Shown one piece after another: positions 19,146-29,160 of a DNA stretch of 64,000 nucleotides (positions within the stretch are counted from its first letter, which is position 1; the number at the start of each line of letters is the position of its first letter). The DNA is from a virus (lineage: Duplodnaviria > Caudoviricetes): IMG/VR virus record IMGVR_UViG_3300032320_000315, positions 4,097-68,096 of that record; one strand, written 5' to 3'. The notes beneath the pieces are model-generated. The model saw only the letters and a program-made list of their open reading frames with translations. It was not told the origin of the DNA and searched no databases. Position numbers and translations under genes: made by a program.

Positions 19146-20067
19146 GAGTTACTTGAGCAGTCTGCCCAAGCATATCAACGGCACCGAGAAAGTGAATGCC
19201 TTGACCTACTTTGCAGAGGGTGCCGCAAGATGCGGAGACTTGGCCTCCACAACCATGTCGCAAACGTATGAATCTTGTAATGTTGGCGCTATAATTGGAA
19301 ATGCATTCGATGCTAATCCAGCAAAAACAACCCTTGCTCATTATAAAGTTAGAAAAATGGTAATGGATACACAGACTAAACTAGGACAATACTGGCTCAG
19401 TATTGATAGTAATGTATTCATTTATAAAAACAAAGAAAATCCTAAAAAGTATTTAAGATACAGTTTTAATGGTGTTTTTCCTAAGACAGGAATTTATTGT
19501 AACGACGAGCCAGGGGAAGACAATTGGAATAACATCAAGCGAGATTACAATATGGATTTGAAACCTTGGAGGTCTAATGGAAGTCATATTCTTATTACTC
19601 TACAAAGACCACTTGGTTGGAGTATGCGAGGTTTTAACTTAATGAAGTGGTTGGAAAATACATTTAGGGAAATACGCAAATATTCTGATAGACCCATAGT
19701 AATTAGATGGCATCCAGGAGATTGGAAATCATATCCTGTGTATGAAGCACTGTTGAAACAATACAACGCAACAATAAGCCCTCAAGAACGACATATCACT
19801 GAAGATTTAATTAATTGTTGGGCATTAATTTGCCACAACAGTACACCAAGTTCTGTGGCCAGCATAGAAGGCATTCCTGCATTTATTACAGATGACCCTG
19901 GATATTGTCAAGCAGGAGATATTGCAAATTTAGATTTTAGTAAATTAGAAAATCCACAGATGCCCGATAGATATGAGTGGATTAAAAAATTATCACAGTG
20001 CCATTGGAGTTTTGATGACACTCGCTCAGGACGATGCTGGTCACACATGAGAAACTACGTTAAGTAA
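19117..20067 (+). CDS. KpsS/KpsC-like GT-B protein
   Basis: IRWHPGD, HNSTPSSVASIEGIPA. Confidence 0.55.
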   Translation: MSNEKQLVIKSYLSSLPKHINGTEKVNALTYFAEGAARCGDLASTTMSQTYESCNVGAIIGNAFDANPAKTTLAHYKVRKMVMDTQTKLGQYWLSIDSNVFIYKNKENPKKYLRYSFNGVFPKTGIYCNDEPGEDNWNNIKRDYNMDLKPWRSNGSHILITLQRPLGWSMRGFNLMKWLENTFREIRKYSDRPIVIRWHPGDWKSYPVYEALLKQYNATISPQERHITEDLINCWALICHNSTPSSVASIEGIPAFITDDPGYCQAGDIANLDFSKLENPQMPDRYEWIKKLSQCHWSFDDTRSGRCWSHMRNYVK

Positions 20068-20837
20068 CGAGTCTGCTCATCAATAAAGATTTTCAAATCT
20101 TTACGTTTGCCTTTGGCAGTCCAAATATAACTGTTTGCATCCATGAACCAGTCAATATAAGACATTGGTAACTCGCCATATCTATATCTTCCAGCAATAA
20201 CATCTAAAACATCTTGGTCCAACGACCAGTAAATCTTATCAGCATTAATATTGGATGTTAGTAGGGTAGAATATTCTTTTATAAATTTATAACTAGATTT
20301 ATTCCCAGTAAGATATACTCCACCAGCAAGAAACTGTTTGTTTCGCCTAATATACAAATCCGGACCATCAGCCAATATTGGTATTTGTTTACGCACAACT
20401 GCATCCACATCGATAGAAAATACTTTTTGAGGATCCGTTAATAATTCTGCTAATCTTATAAATCTAGCACAGGCAAAATATGTTTTTTGCATACGTTCTA
20501 GGATAGATTTATCTCCGCCTTTCTCCATTGATTTCAATGTGCGTTTTTGACGTTCAATATCAAATTCTGTAGTCATAGTGCCTTGCCAGTTGTCTGCGGC
20601 CTGTTGAAATAATTCCATCGGAACTACTTCATAGGATACAGAAACACCGTGTTGCTGACAAAAATCTAACTGATCCGCTCTGGGGTTAAACAAATGAAGA
20701 TGGATATTGTTATCGCTGTTCTGCCTGATACTTTTAATCAGCACTCGCCCAAATTCGTCAAAATATTTCTCATCACAGGCTCCGTAGATGAAGAAATCAG
20801 TGTGATTTAATTTTCCGTGTAGTGGTGGTATAATCAT
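20055..20837 (-). CDS. Nucleotide-diphospho-sugar transferase-like protein
   Basis: YFACARF, SIDVD, FLAGGVY, DQDVL. Confidence 0.5.
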   Translation of the reverse strand: MIIPPLHGKLNHTDFFIYGACDEKYFDEFGRVLIKSIRQNSDNNIHLHLFNPRADQLDFCQQHGVSVSYEVVPMELFQQAADNWQGTMTTEFDIERQKRTLKSMEKGGDKSILERMQKTYFACARFIRLAELLTDPQKVFSIDVDAVVRKQIPILADGPDLYIRRNKQFLAGGVYLTGNKSSYKFIKEYSTLLTSNINADKIYWSLDQDVLDVIAGRYRYGELPMSYIDWFMDANSYIWTAKGKRKDLKIFIDEQTRYLT

Positions 20838-20852
20838 GTAAATATTTACTCA

Positions 20853-21698
20853 ATGAAGATAGCATACTTTCCTAATCAGACTGCACTACAATCAGAGCCA
20901 GTATGGACTGCGTTCCTTGATGGATGTAGACAAATTGGAATTGAACCCGTCGAAGGGGTAAAAAATGCCGACTGTGCTGTGATTTGGTCAGTTTTATGGA
21001 ACGGGCGTATGCGTATGAATCAACAGACCTACGAACATTACAGAAATTTAGACAAACCAGTTTTTATAATTGAAGTAGGTGCATTGGATAGAGGTCGTAC
21101 TTGGAAAATTTCTGCAAACCACATCAGTAGTGAAGGAATTTATGGAAATTTACAAGATATTGACTTTGATAGGTCAAAAAAATTAGATATCAATTTGTCT
21201 GCACCTAGGCTTTCTAGAAAAGATGCCATACTAATTGTTGGACAACACGAACGCAGTCTTCAATGGCAAGGTCAGCCCAACACCACAGCATGGCTAAGAC
21301 AGAAAATCGCAGAAATTCGCAAAATTACGGCAAGGCCGGTGGTTTTTCGACCTCATCCTCGTCATCCTGTCAGTATGTCTGCTATGCCCGATGTGATTTT
21401 TGAGCGTCCTAATAAATTATCTAACACCTATGATAAGTTTGATATTAATTTTGGCTATCACTGTGTGATCAGTCATAACAGTGGTCCCGGCATACAAGCA
21501 GTTATACAAGGAACACCGGTAATCTGCGACAAATCCAGTTTGGCATATCCAGTTAGTCAAAGTATGACTGCTATCAATAACATTTCTTTACCCGATCGAG
21601 AAGATTGGTTTCATAAAATACTACACACCGAATGGACTGTGGAAGAAATGCGGCTAGGTATTCCACAAAAACGCATATTAAATGTAATAAACCGTTGA
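20853..21698 (+). CDS. KpsS/KpsC-like GT-B protein
   Basis: IEVG, FRPHPRH, HNSGPGIQAVIQGTPV. Confidence 0.6.
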   Translation: MKIAYFPNQTALQSEPVWTAFLDGCRQIGIEPVEGVKNADCAVIWSVLWNGRMRMNQQTYEHYRNLDKPVFIIEVGALDRGRTWKISANHISSEGIYGNLQDIDFDRSKKLDINLSAPRLSRKDAILIVGQHERSLQWQGQPNTTAWLRQKIAEIRKITARPVVFRPHPRHPVSMSAMPDVIFERPNKLSNTYDKFDINFGYHCVISHNSGPGIQAVIQGTPVICDKSSLAYPVSQSMTAINNISLPDREDWFHKILHTEWTVEEMRLGIPQKRILNVINR

Positions 21699-21722
21699 CA
21701 GTGCATAAAAATGTGTTATAAT
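21695..21722 (+). promoter_or_regulatory. Sigma70 promoter (extended -10)
   Basis: TTGACA-16 bp-TATAAT with TG upstream. Confidence 0.75.
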
Positions 21723-21729
21723 GTATATT

Positions 21730-22977
21730 ATGACGCAGACAATAGAAGACGCATTGGAAATTTTAGGTGGCACTAGACTACGTGCGGTCAATATTCGAAT
21801 CGATATAGGCGAAGTAAATCTAGTACGTAGTCTAGCCAAACAGGTCCTTAGGGGAACTGCTCTTACAGACCGACAATTAGACCTAGCAATTAAAAAAATT
21901 GAAAAATATCGTCAAGGACTCGAGCAAAACTTTATTCGAGTAGACGACCTATTAACGGCTAAACCTCTACGTATGCCTTTGCGACAAATTGATCGAACAC
22001 AGACAATTTCATTAATTGTTGACTCAAACAAGAAAATGAAAATTTTGATAAAATTTGTATTTTCTAAGAAATTTGCTGGTCTTTGGAATGCGTTACAAGA
22101 AGAGCTCAATGTTGTTGCTGAAGAAAAGAAAGGCGAAAAACATTTAAGTTTTAATGAACAGGATTTTTACAAAATTGTAAATGCTCTTCAACCCATGGGT
22201 TTTACACTGTCACCTAACGCTCAAATGTATTATGAAAAAATCGACGAAATTTCAGAAAATCCTGAAAATTACGTACCTTACGTCGACCTAGTGGATAATC
22301 AGTTAGTTTTAAAAAATGTCAACAACCGGTGTCAAGACTATTTAAATGAACAGTTCTCTGACCTTAAAGACTCAGATTTTCTTGTTTTTTTAGACCGTAT
22401 AAAAAATTGCGGAATTTCACACAAAAACCCTGAAATTATTGAAAAAATCGGCCAGTTTACCTCTAATAACCTCGTAAAAAATATACTGGTTTCCGATGAG
22501 ACCAGATTTCGTATTAATCCACAAGAACATACTCAGACCAGTGTATTTGATATTTTAGATGAATTAAAACAGTGGCCTGTGTTAATCATTGTTGATGAAA
22601 ACAAAGACGCAATTTCTATGACCAAGTCGCTTTGTTTAGAACTTATGAGTAGACTTGCACAAGGAGAGGTCACAGTATTTTTTAGATTAGAAAATGGCAA
22701 TCCTGACAACGAGGAATTTAACCAATTTGTCAAGGATAACCACTTAAATAATTATATAGACTTAAAAACAAAGGCAGTATTCGTGTCAAAAAATCGTATA
22801 CCCAAGCCTTTGTTCACAGCAGACTGGCATCCAAAGACTGCACTAGTAACTGCATCTCACGAATTTGGAAAGACATCATCATACCTAAATGATTTTGCCT
22901 CTGTATATTATTATAATAATTCTGTGTCTGTTCGACATGGCAGAATAAAAGGAACTAGATCAATTGTACAGTTGTAA
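21730..22977 (+). CDS. Hypothetical protein, probably leaderless
   Basis: About 415-aa ORF; ATG at expected TSS; precedes UvsW. Confidence 0.7.
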   Translation: MTQTIEDALEILGGTRLRAVNIRIDIGEVNLVRSLAKQVLRGTALTDRQLDLAIKKIEKYRQGLEQNFIRVDDLLTAKPLRMPLRQIDRTQTISLIVDSNKKMKILIKFVFSKKFAGLWNALQEELNVVAEEKKGEKHLSFNEQDFYKIVNALQPMGFTLSPNAQMYYEKIDEISENPENYVPYVDLVDNQLVLKNVNNRCQDYLNEQFSDLKDSDFLVFLDRIKNCGISHKNPEIIEKIGQFTSNNLVKNILVSDETRFRINPQEHTQTSVFDILDELKQWPVLIIVDENKDAISMTKSLCLELMSRLAQGEVTVFFRLENGNPDNEEFNQFVKDNHLNNYIDLKTKAVFVSKNRIPKPLFTADWHPKTALVTASHEFGKTSSYLNDFASVYYYNNSVSVRHGRIKGTRSIVQL

Positions 22978-24427
22978 ATTAGTCATCAGAGATGAAGTCA
23001 ACATTAAGTTAGAAGGACTGCCTGTAGAAATACGCAGAAAAATTTCTAACGCATTAAAATTTGAACTTCCTTACGCTAGACACATGCCTCAATATAAATT
23101 AGGCAGGTGGGATGGCACTACTACATTCTTTGGACTTGGCGGCAATGGGTACCTTAACCACCTTGACATTATTTTAGGTGTATTGGAAGAATGTGGTGTG
23201 GATGTTGAAGAAATCGAAGATCTAAGACAAAGTCACAAATTTGAATTTGAAAAAATCACAGATCATTTTTGGGCCGATAAAGGCAAAGTATGGCCTAAAG
23301 GACATCCTATAGAAGGACAACCTATTATATTACGTGACTATCAGTTAGATGCCATTAACAATTTTATGGAAAATCCACAAGGGTTACAGGAATTGGCCAC
23401 AGGTGCTGGTAAGACAATCATTACAGCAACACTGAGTGCATTATGCGAACCTTATGGACGCACACTGGTCATTGTTCCCAACAAAGGATTAGTTGTACAA
23501 ACTGAAGAAGATTATCGTAATGTTGGGTTAGATGTGGGTGTATACTTCGGTGATAGAAAAGAGTTAAATCGCACACACACTATCTGTACATGGCAAAGTC
23601 TTAACATTTTAGATAAGAAAAGTCACGATGGCGAATCGTTGTCCTTGGCAGAGTTCCTTGAAGGTGTAGTCTGCGTTATCATCGACGAAGTGCATCAGGC
23701 CAAAGCAGACGTACTTAAAAAATTACTCAGTATGAATATGGCCAATGCTCCAATTCGCTGGGGCTTGACCGGCACAATTCCTAAAGAAGAAATAAACTTT
23801 CACAGCATATTAGCAACGATTGGCCCTGTAGTTAATAGGATTGCCGCGCACCAACTACAGGCGGCAGGTGTACTAAGTCAGTGCCATGTAAACATAGTAC
23901 AGATGCTGGACTATAAAGAATTTAGAACATACCAAGAAGAATTAAAATATCTAGTTACAGATTCAGACCGCATAGGATATATTGCAAAACTATGCAATTC
24001 AATCAAAGATTCAGGCAACACACTAATACTCGTAGATAGGCTCGACGCAGGCAGACAAATCGTAGATACGATACCGGATTCCGTGTTCATCAGCGGAGAA
24101 GTGAAACTCACAGACAGAAAGGAACACTATGATGAAGTTAAAGACAGTGATAAAAAGGTTATTGTGGCGACTTATGGTGTGGCCGCTGTGGGTCTTAATA
24201 TCCCTAGGATTTTTAATCTGGTTCTTCTTGAGCCCGGAAAGAGCTTTGTTAGGGTTATACAAAGTATTGGGCGAGGTATTAGAAAAGCAGAAGACAAAGA
24301 CTTTGTACAAATCTGGGACTTAACATCTACCTGCAAATATGCAAAAAGGCATTTAACAGAGCGAAAGAAATTCTACAAAGAAGCAAAATATCCATTCACT
24401 ATTGAAAAAGTTGAGTGGGAAAAATAA
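22964..24427 (+). CDS. uvsW: SF2 DNA helicase (UvsW-like)
   Basis: LRDYQ, ATGAGKT, DEVH, GLTGT, G.NIPRI, QSIGRGIR. Confidence 0.92.
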   Translation: MYSCKLVIRDEVNIKLEGLPVEIRRKISNALKFELPYARHMPQYKLGRWDGTTTFFGLGGNGYLNHLDIILGVLEECGVDVEEIEDLRQSHKFEFEKITDHFWADKGKVWPKGHPIEGQPIILRDYQLDAINNFMENPQGLQELATGAGKTIITATLSALCEPYGRTLVIVPNKGLVVQTEEDYRNVGLDVGVYFGDRKELNRTHTICTWQSLNILDKKSHDGESLSLAEFLEGVVCVIIDEVHQAKADVLKKLLSMNMANAPIRWGLTGTIPKEEINFHSILATIGPVVNRIAAHQLQAAGVLSQCHVNIVQMLDYKEFRTYQEELKYLVTDSDRIGYIAKLCNSIKDSGNTLILVDRLDAGRQIVDTIPDSVFISGEVKLTDRKEHYDEVKDSDKKVIVATYGVAAVGLNIPRIFNLVLLEPGKSFVRVIQSIGRGIRKAEDKDFVQIWDLTSTCKYAKRHLTERKKFYKEAKYPFTIEKVEWEK

Positions 24428-24443
24428 TAATAACGGAGAAAGA

Positions 24444-24950
24444 ATGTATATATTAACCTTAGATGATAAGAGTTTTGATTTATCTAAGATGCCAGACGAA
24501 TTAGAAGATGACATTAGATTTAGTGTATTGGATAACAACGATCCGCAAAATCCAGATTTCTTTTTTATTCCTTTGATTTTCTTAGAAAGTTTTAACAGTC
24601 CTGCAATGGTACTAAACATAGGTGGACATCAAGTAACTATGCCCATCGACTGGAGTATAGCAGTAGGAGACAGCGAGTGCGGTAATGAATTAGAAGTATT
24701 GCCTTTAACCAGTTTAAACGATAGAGGATTTGAAGCATTTATTTTTAATCCGTTATCAGCATTCAAGCACGAATACGCACAGATTGAAATTGTAAATGTC
24801 TATAATGATGTTAAATGGTTCTTTCCTAAAATGAAAAATAACCAATTGTTAACAGTTCCATTATACGAAGGCACCAAACCGCATTGTGCATTTTTCACTA
24901 AAGACATTAGTCGTCAAAGTGAAATTATTAATCATTACAAATTATTATAA
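24444..24950 (+). CDS. Hypothetical beta-rich protein (possible degenerate Hint fold)
   Basis: GGAG RBS; 168 aa. Confidence 0.6.
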   Translation: MYILTLDDKSFDLSKMPDELEDDIRFSVLDNNDPQNPDFFFIPLIFLESFNSPAMVLNIGGHQVTMPIDWSIAVGDSECGNELEVLPLTSLNDRGFEAFIFNPLSAFKHEYAQIEIVNVYNDVKWFFPKMKNNQLLTVPLYEGTKPHCAFFTKDISRQSEIINHYKLL

Positions 24951-24951
24951 C

Positions 24952-25245
24952 ATGGGAAATCTTAAACCTGGTGCAAAATACATTTATGAAAGAACTGGCG
25001 GCGTGACCTATGCCAGAGAGTTTGGAGCCGATCCTAGTACAAGAGAAGTTATAGGATGGAACTACGATCCTACCAAACCCGACTTTGATCCAAGGACCGG
25101 TGATGGACGCTCACTTCACAAACATATAATGGAAGACAAGTTGTGGGGGGAGATTCGGCGAGAGGCAAAGACCAATATCACTTTACAACGTGCCTTAGAC
25201 CGTGCTATAATGATATATCGTTTAAGCAAGGATAAACCAGAATGA
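24952..25245 (+). CDS. Hypothetical protein
   Basis: 97-aa ORF in operon. Confidence 0.6.
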   Translation: MGNLKPGAKYIYERTGGVTYAREFGADPSTREVIGWNYDPTKPDFDPRTGDGRSLHKHIMEDKLWGEIRREAKTNITLQRALDRAIMIYRLSKDKPE

Positions 25246-25868
25246 GTTTAAAGGTAGCATATTTTCAACCTATAGTATTGGCCATAGACCAAGTACCACC
25301 AGTTGAATTCAGTAAAATCTTTAGTATGTCTGAACAACTACACGGGCACCCAGAATTAAATGACAGCGGTAATCCTTTTATCAGCATCCGTGGAGGACAG
25401 CAAATACAGGTGCATCCAAATCAATTAAATCTAGATGTCACTTGGTTAGTTAAATGGTTAGAAACTATCTGTTTAGGTTATATGGAAATCATCACAGCAC
25501 AAAGCGGCTCTGACGATTTAAAATACTGTAAACCTGTGATTACCAGTATTTGGACTATTAAACAAGAGCAAGGTCAGTATCAGGAATTGCACAGCCATCC
25601 GGGCGGCAACATCAGCGGCAACATCTATATAACTGCACCAGACTTTGCCGAAGATAGCAGTCCCAGTGACGGTGTTGTAACTTTTAAATTACCGCAGACA
25701 AGAGACGTTAGTAAGTTTATAATGAACGACACTTGGAAATATAAACCAGTTCCTGGAACTGTAATTGTTTTCCCTAGTCATTTGGCACACACAGTTTATC
25801 CGTGGCGTGGACAGGGTACTAGAACAGTTATGGCGTTTGATGCAAAGATTGTGCCTAAAGATGAGTGA
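25242..25868 (+). CDS. 2OG-Fe(II) oxygenase (TIGR02466-like)
   Basis: HSHPGGNISG.IY, VFPSHLAH.V, RTVMAFD. Confidence 0.8.
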   Translation: MSLKVAYFQPIVLAIDQVPPVEFSKIFSMSEQLHGHPELNDSGNPFISIRGGQQIQVHPNQLNLDVTWLVKWLETICLGYMEIITAQSGSDDLKYCKPVITSIWTIKQEQGQYQELHSHPGGNISGNIYITAPDFAEDSSPSDGVVTFKLPQTRDVSKFIMNDTWKYKPVPGTVIVFPSHLAHTVYPWRGQGTRTVMAFDAKIVPKDE

Positions 25869-26328
25869 TAAACTAACAATCAAAGATGAAACAGCGGCCA
25901 TTGACATGGGCGCCAGGGATCTGTGGGATAATTTCACAGACGAACAACGCAAACAGATAAGTCTCTATCTACTGTTAAGGTATGCCAGTTCCATAAAAAC
26001 CAGCGACAGAGAAGCGCAGGAACTGGCAATCTTTAAAACCAATGAGTACTTTAACAAGAATTATTTCAATCTTAGTAAGCATCCTAAGTTGTTATGGTAC
26101 CTTGTTTGCATGACTGGAAACGAAGAAAAGAAATTACACTTCCACGAATGGATTGGTTATAAAAAGAAAGAATCTAATAGCAAAGTTGTCAAAGTGCTTG
26201 AAACATTGTACCCGCATTTAAAAGACGACGAACTAGAACTTATGGCATCAATGACCACAGAAAAGGAAGTTAAGCAACGTCTTAAAGACCTAGGTTGGGA
26301 AGATAAAGATATTAAAAAGGCGTTATGA
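25861..26328 (+). CDS. Putative clamp-loader small subunit (gp62-like)
   Basis: YLLLRYAS, TNEYFN, FH.WI..KKK pattern; weak recognition. Confidence 0.45.
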   Translation: MSDKLTIKDETAAIDMGARDLWDNFTDEQRKQISLYLLLRYASSIKTSDREAQELAIFKTNEYFNKNYFNLSKHPKLLWYLVCMTGNEEKKLHFHEWIGYKKKESNSKVVKVLETLYPHLKDDELELMASMTTEKEVKQRLKDLGWEDKDIKKAL

Positions 26329-27059
26329 ACTTAGATGTTTTTGAAAAGCACAAAGGGATTAAAATAAAATTGTCTACAGTTGAAAAACCGTATGTGTGCC
26401 AGTATTGTAGTAGTGCCTATGTTAAGGAATCTACTCTTACAGTTCATATGTGCGAGCAAAAGCGTAGACATTTGGCCAAAGATGACAAACACGTCTTATT
26501 AGGCTATCAAACCTATGTTAGATTTTTTCAACTAACACAAAAAGCCAAACACGTTAAAACTTATGACGAGTTTGCTAAAAGTCCTTATTACAATGCCTTT
26601 GTAAAGTTTGGTAGTTTTCTCAGCAACGTGAACCCGTTGTACACAGACAGATACATCGACTTTGTTGTGACCAGCGGAGTTAAATTAGATCATTGGTGTA
26701 GAGAAGAACTGTACTACAAATATGTTCTTGACTTAATAAAGAAAGAACCGGCCGAAGTGGCTTTACAGCGTAGTATAACTACCATGATGGACTGGGCAAA
26801 TGAAAATGACAGCCAGTGGAATCATTACTTTAAGTATGTAAGTGTTAATCGTGCTGTTTATGCAATCAAAGATGGAAAGATCAGTCCTTGGTTAATTTTA
26901 AACTGCGGCACTGGAAGAGAATTATTAAGCAAATTTAATGACGAACAATTGGCAATTGTATTTGAAGTTTTAGATCCAGAGTTTTGGGCAAAGCGTTTTA
27001 GAATATATCCAGTAGACAAAGAACTGATAGCAGAAGTAGTTAAGGAGGGAAATCTTTAA
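26325..27059 (+). CDS. Hypothetical protein with N-terminal zinc finger
   Basis: CQYC...HMCE. Confidence 0.6.
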   Translation: MNLDVFEKHKGIKIKLSTVEKPYVCQYCSSAYVKESTLTVHMCEQKRRHLAKDDKHVLLGYQTYVRFFQLTQKAKHVKTYDEFAKSPYYNAFVKFGSFLSNVNPLYTDRYIDFVVTSGVKLDHWCREELYYKYVLDLIKKEPAEVALQRSITTMMDWANENDSQWNHYFKYVSVNRAVYAIKDGKISPWLILNCGTGRELLSKFNDEQLAIVFEVLDPEFWAKRFRIYPVDKELIAEVVKEGNL

Positions 27060-27637
27060 TGCCAGATATTGACATCGACTTTGCAGACAGGACACAGGCT
27101 TTAGAAAAATTAGAAACAATCACAGCCGCCATTTCAGAAAACAATACTTTTAAAAAACACAATACAGGCATATATTGTACTGCTATTCCGTATAATCCTG
27201 CCACAGGTATTAGTACGATTGATTACAAAGAAGCAGAGGACAGAGGTTACTTTAAGATAGATTTCTTAAATGTAGGCATATATGAAGGTGTGCGGAACGA
27301 AGCACATCTAGTTCAACTTATGGAAACTGAACCATTATGGGACTTATTAGAACAGGACGATTTCAGCAACTTGCTATTTCACGTAAATGGGCACGGTTCT
27401 ATCTTAAGACAAACGAAGCCTCGGAGTGTGGAACAGTTAGCGGCAGTGCTTGCTATGATCCGACCCGCAAAACGTTATTTGATAGGGAAAGACTGGAACG
27501 AAATCAATTCAGAGGTATGGGTAAAGCCTGCCGGAGATGAGTATTATTTTAAGAAGGCACACGCTGTGGCCTATGCACAGGTAGTGGTTGTGCAGATGAA
27601 TTTAATCTGCGAAAATATCAGTTACGGGTTTAGTTAA
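27059..27637 (+). CDS. Miniature DNA polymerase III alpha (family C)-like protein
   Basis: PDIDIDF, KHNTG, KIDFL, FKKAHAVAY within 192 aa. Confidence 0.75.
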   Translation: MPDIDIDFADRTQALEKLETITAAISENNTFKKHNTGIYCTAIPYNPATGISTIDYKEAEDRGYFKIDFLNVGIYEGVRNEAHLVQLMETEPLWDLLEQDDFSNLLFHVNGHGSILRQTKPRSVEQLAAVLAMIRPAKRYLIGKDWNEINSEVWVKPAGDEYYFKKAHAVAYAQVVVVQMNLICENISYGFS

Positions 27638-28005
27638 CGTCTTCTAACTAACTGTATCACTTTGCGTTTTACACGCTTTATAGAAATATTATGTAGATTG
27701 ATTGTGGGACCAAAAACCACTGTTACATCTTTGGTATTCATAGTCATTACGGAGTACTTATAGGGCTCCATTTCTACTTTTAAAAAAATATTAATGGGAA
27801 TTGTACGATTACTTTCCCACCACCATGCTTCACCTAATTCCAAAAAAACCTTGCGATCTTCTTCGGTTTTTAAGGATTCGTAGTTGTATAAACTGGTTAC
27901 ATATTGATCTTGATTGATAATTATGCCCACGTATTCTACGCCGCCGTAATGCACCACTGAAATAAAGGGGAAGTTCTCTCTAATGTCTTCCGTTAATTTT
28001 ACCAT
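27634..28005 (-). CDS. Hypothetical protein
   Basis: 123 aa; TAAATA-type motif near start, divergent from next gene. Confidence 0.65.
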   Translation of the reverse strand: MVKLTEDIRENFPFISVVHYGGVEYVGIIINQDQYVTSLYNYESLKTEEDRKVFLELGEAWWWESNRTIPINIFLKVEMEPYKYSVMTMNTKDVTVVFGPTINLHNISIKRVKRKVIQLVRRR

Positions 28006-28043
28006 AAATACTGTTATAACCTTGAATAAGCGAAATTAAGCCA

Positions 28044-29150
28044 ATGCAAAAAATTCAGTTTTATTTAGTGCCAAACAAAATTACGGTTACTACAGATCGA
28101 GTAGGATTCAACACGGAGTATAGACAAGTGTATCAACGACAATTAAAATTATACAAAGGTATTGATAATACAATACAACTAGAAGTAAGGAATTCTGAGC
28201 AAAGAAAACAGACGGTGGCGGGCAAAACTGCGATAGTTAAATTCTTCGATGCTGAACACAAAAATTTGTTTACGGCCACTGCTGATGCTATTCCTAGTCA
28301 GATAGGGCAGATGTCGTTGACTATACACAGCGATACGATAGCAAGTATTGATCCACAGATGCTACGCATGGCGGCTTATCTAACAGACGGTACAACAAAC
28401 AGTCCTATCTACGTAGACGGGCAGTTTGAATTGTTTGGTAACATACAATTAATGGACGGTTATAATGATAAGAAAGGATTTGGAGAGATTGTTGATATTG
28501 CCAAAGTCTTTAATTACGAACATGACAAGGACGAATATACTAGTGAAATAGTACAGTTTGGAAACTATATTAATGACGATTACAGCACACAGTTAGACAG
28601 TACAGTCATTGGCAGTGTTGAAATAGAAATTGTTCCTAACACTGAAACACCCTATATTGGATTCGTTAAAGTTTATGCAACCAACGATAAGAGCACAGCA
28701 TTTGGAACAACTTGGAAATTATTAGAAAGTGTAGAAGTCACTGCTGGTGCAACATCAGTTACTCGGGTTATTGACAATACTGGTTATAGATATATGCGTT
28801 TTAGTTTTCCAAAAAATGCCAGTGCCGACATGGCCACGTTTAATATCTCTAAAACAGGAACAACGTATGCTGTTGAACAAATAGTTTTTGGCGGCACACA
28901 ATACGAAGTTGGCGATAAAATTAGAATACCCGGGTCAAGTCTCGGCGGATCGAGTCCATCGAATGATCTAACATTAACTGTTACTTTGGTAGAAGGACCA
29001 ATCATGGGTAGTTTGGCTAGTTATACTAGACGTATTGCTGGTGTTTCTATAATGGGTATTGCCAGTCTTGACACTGCTGATCGAACATTTGAAAATGTAG
29101 CAGGTCAGGGTTTTACCGGATTACTTGACAAAATCATAGTAAGAAACTAA
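28044..29150 (+). CDS. Probable virion (baseplate/fibre-associated) protein
   Basis: Beta-rich; shares G..Y..GD.I.IPG..LGG motif with the 2262-aa protein. Confidence 0.55.
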   Translation: MQKIQFYLVPNKITVTTDRVGFNTEYRQVYQRQLKLYKGIDNTIQLEVRNSEQRKQTVAGKTAIVKFFDAEHKNLFTATADAIPSQIGQMSLTIHSDTIASIDPQMLRMAAYLTDGTTNSPIYVDGQFELFGNIQLMDGYNDKKGFGEIVDIAKVFNYEHDKDEYTSEIVQFGNYINDDYSTQLDSTVIGSVEIEIVPNTETPYIGFVKVYATNDKSTAFGTTWKLLESVEVTAGATSVTRVIDNTGYRYMRFSFPKNASADMATFNISKTGTTYAVEQIVFGGTQYEVGDKIRIPGSSLGGSSPSNDLTLTVTLVEGPIMGSLASYTRRIAGVSIMGIASLDTADRTFENVAGQGFTGLLDKIIVRN

Positions 29151-29160
29151 AATACTCTAT

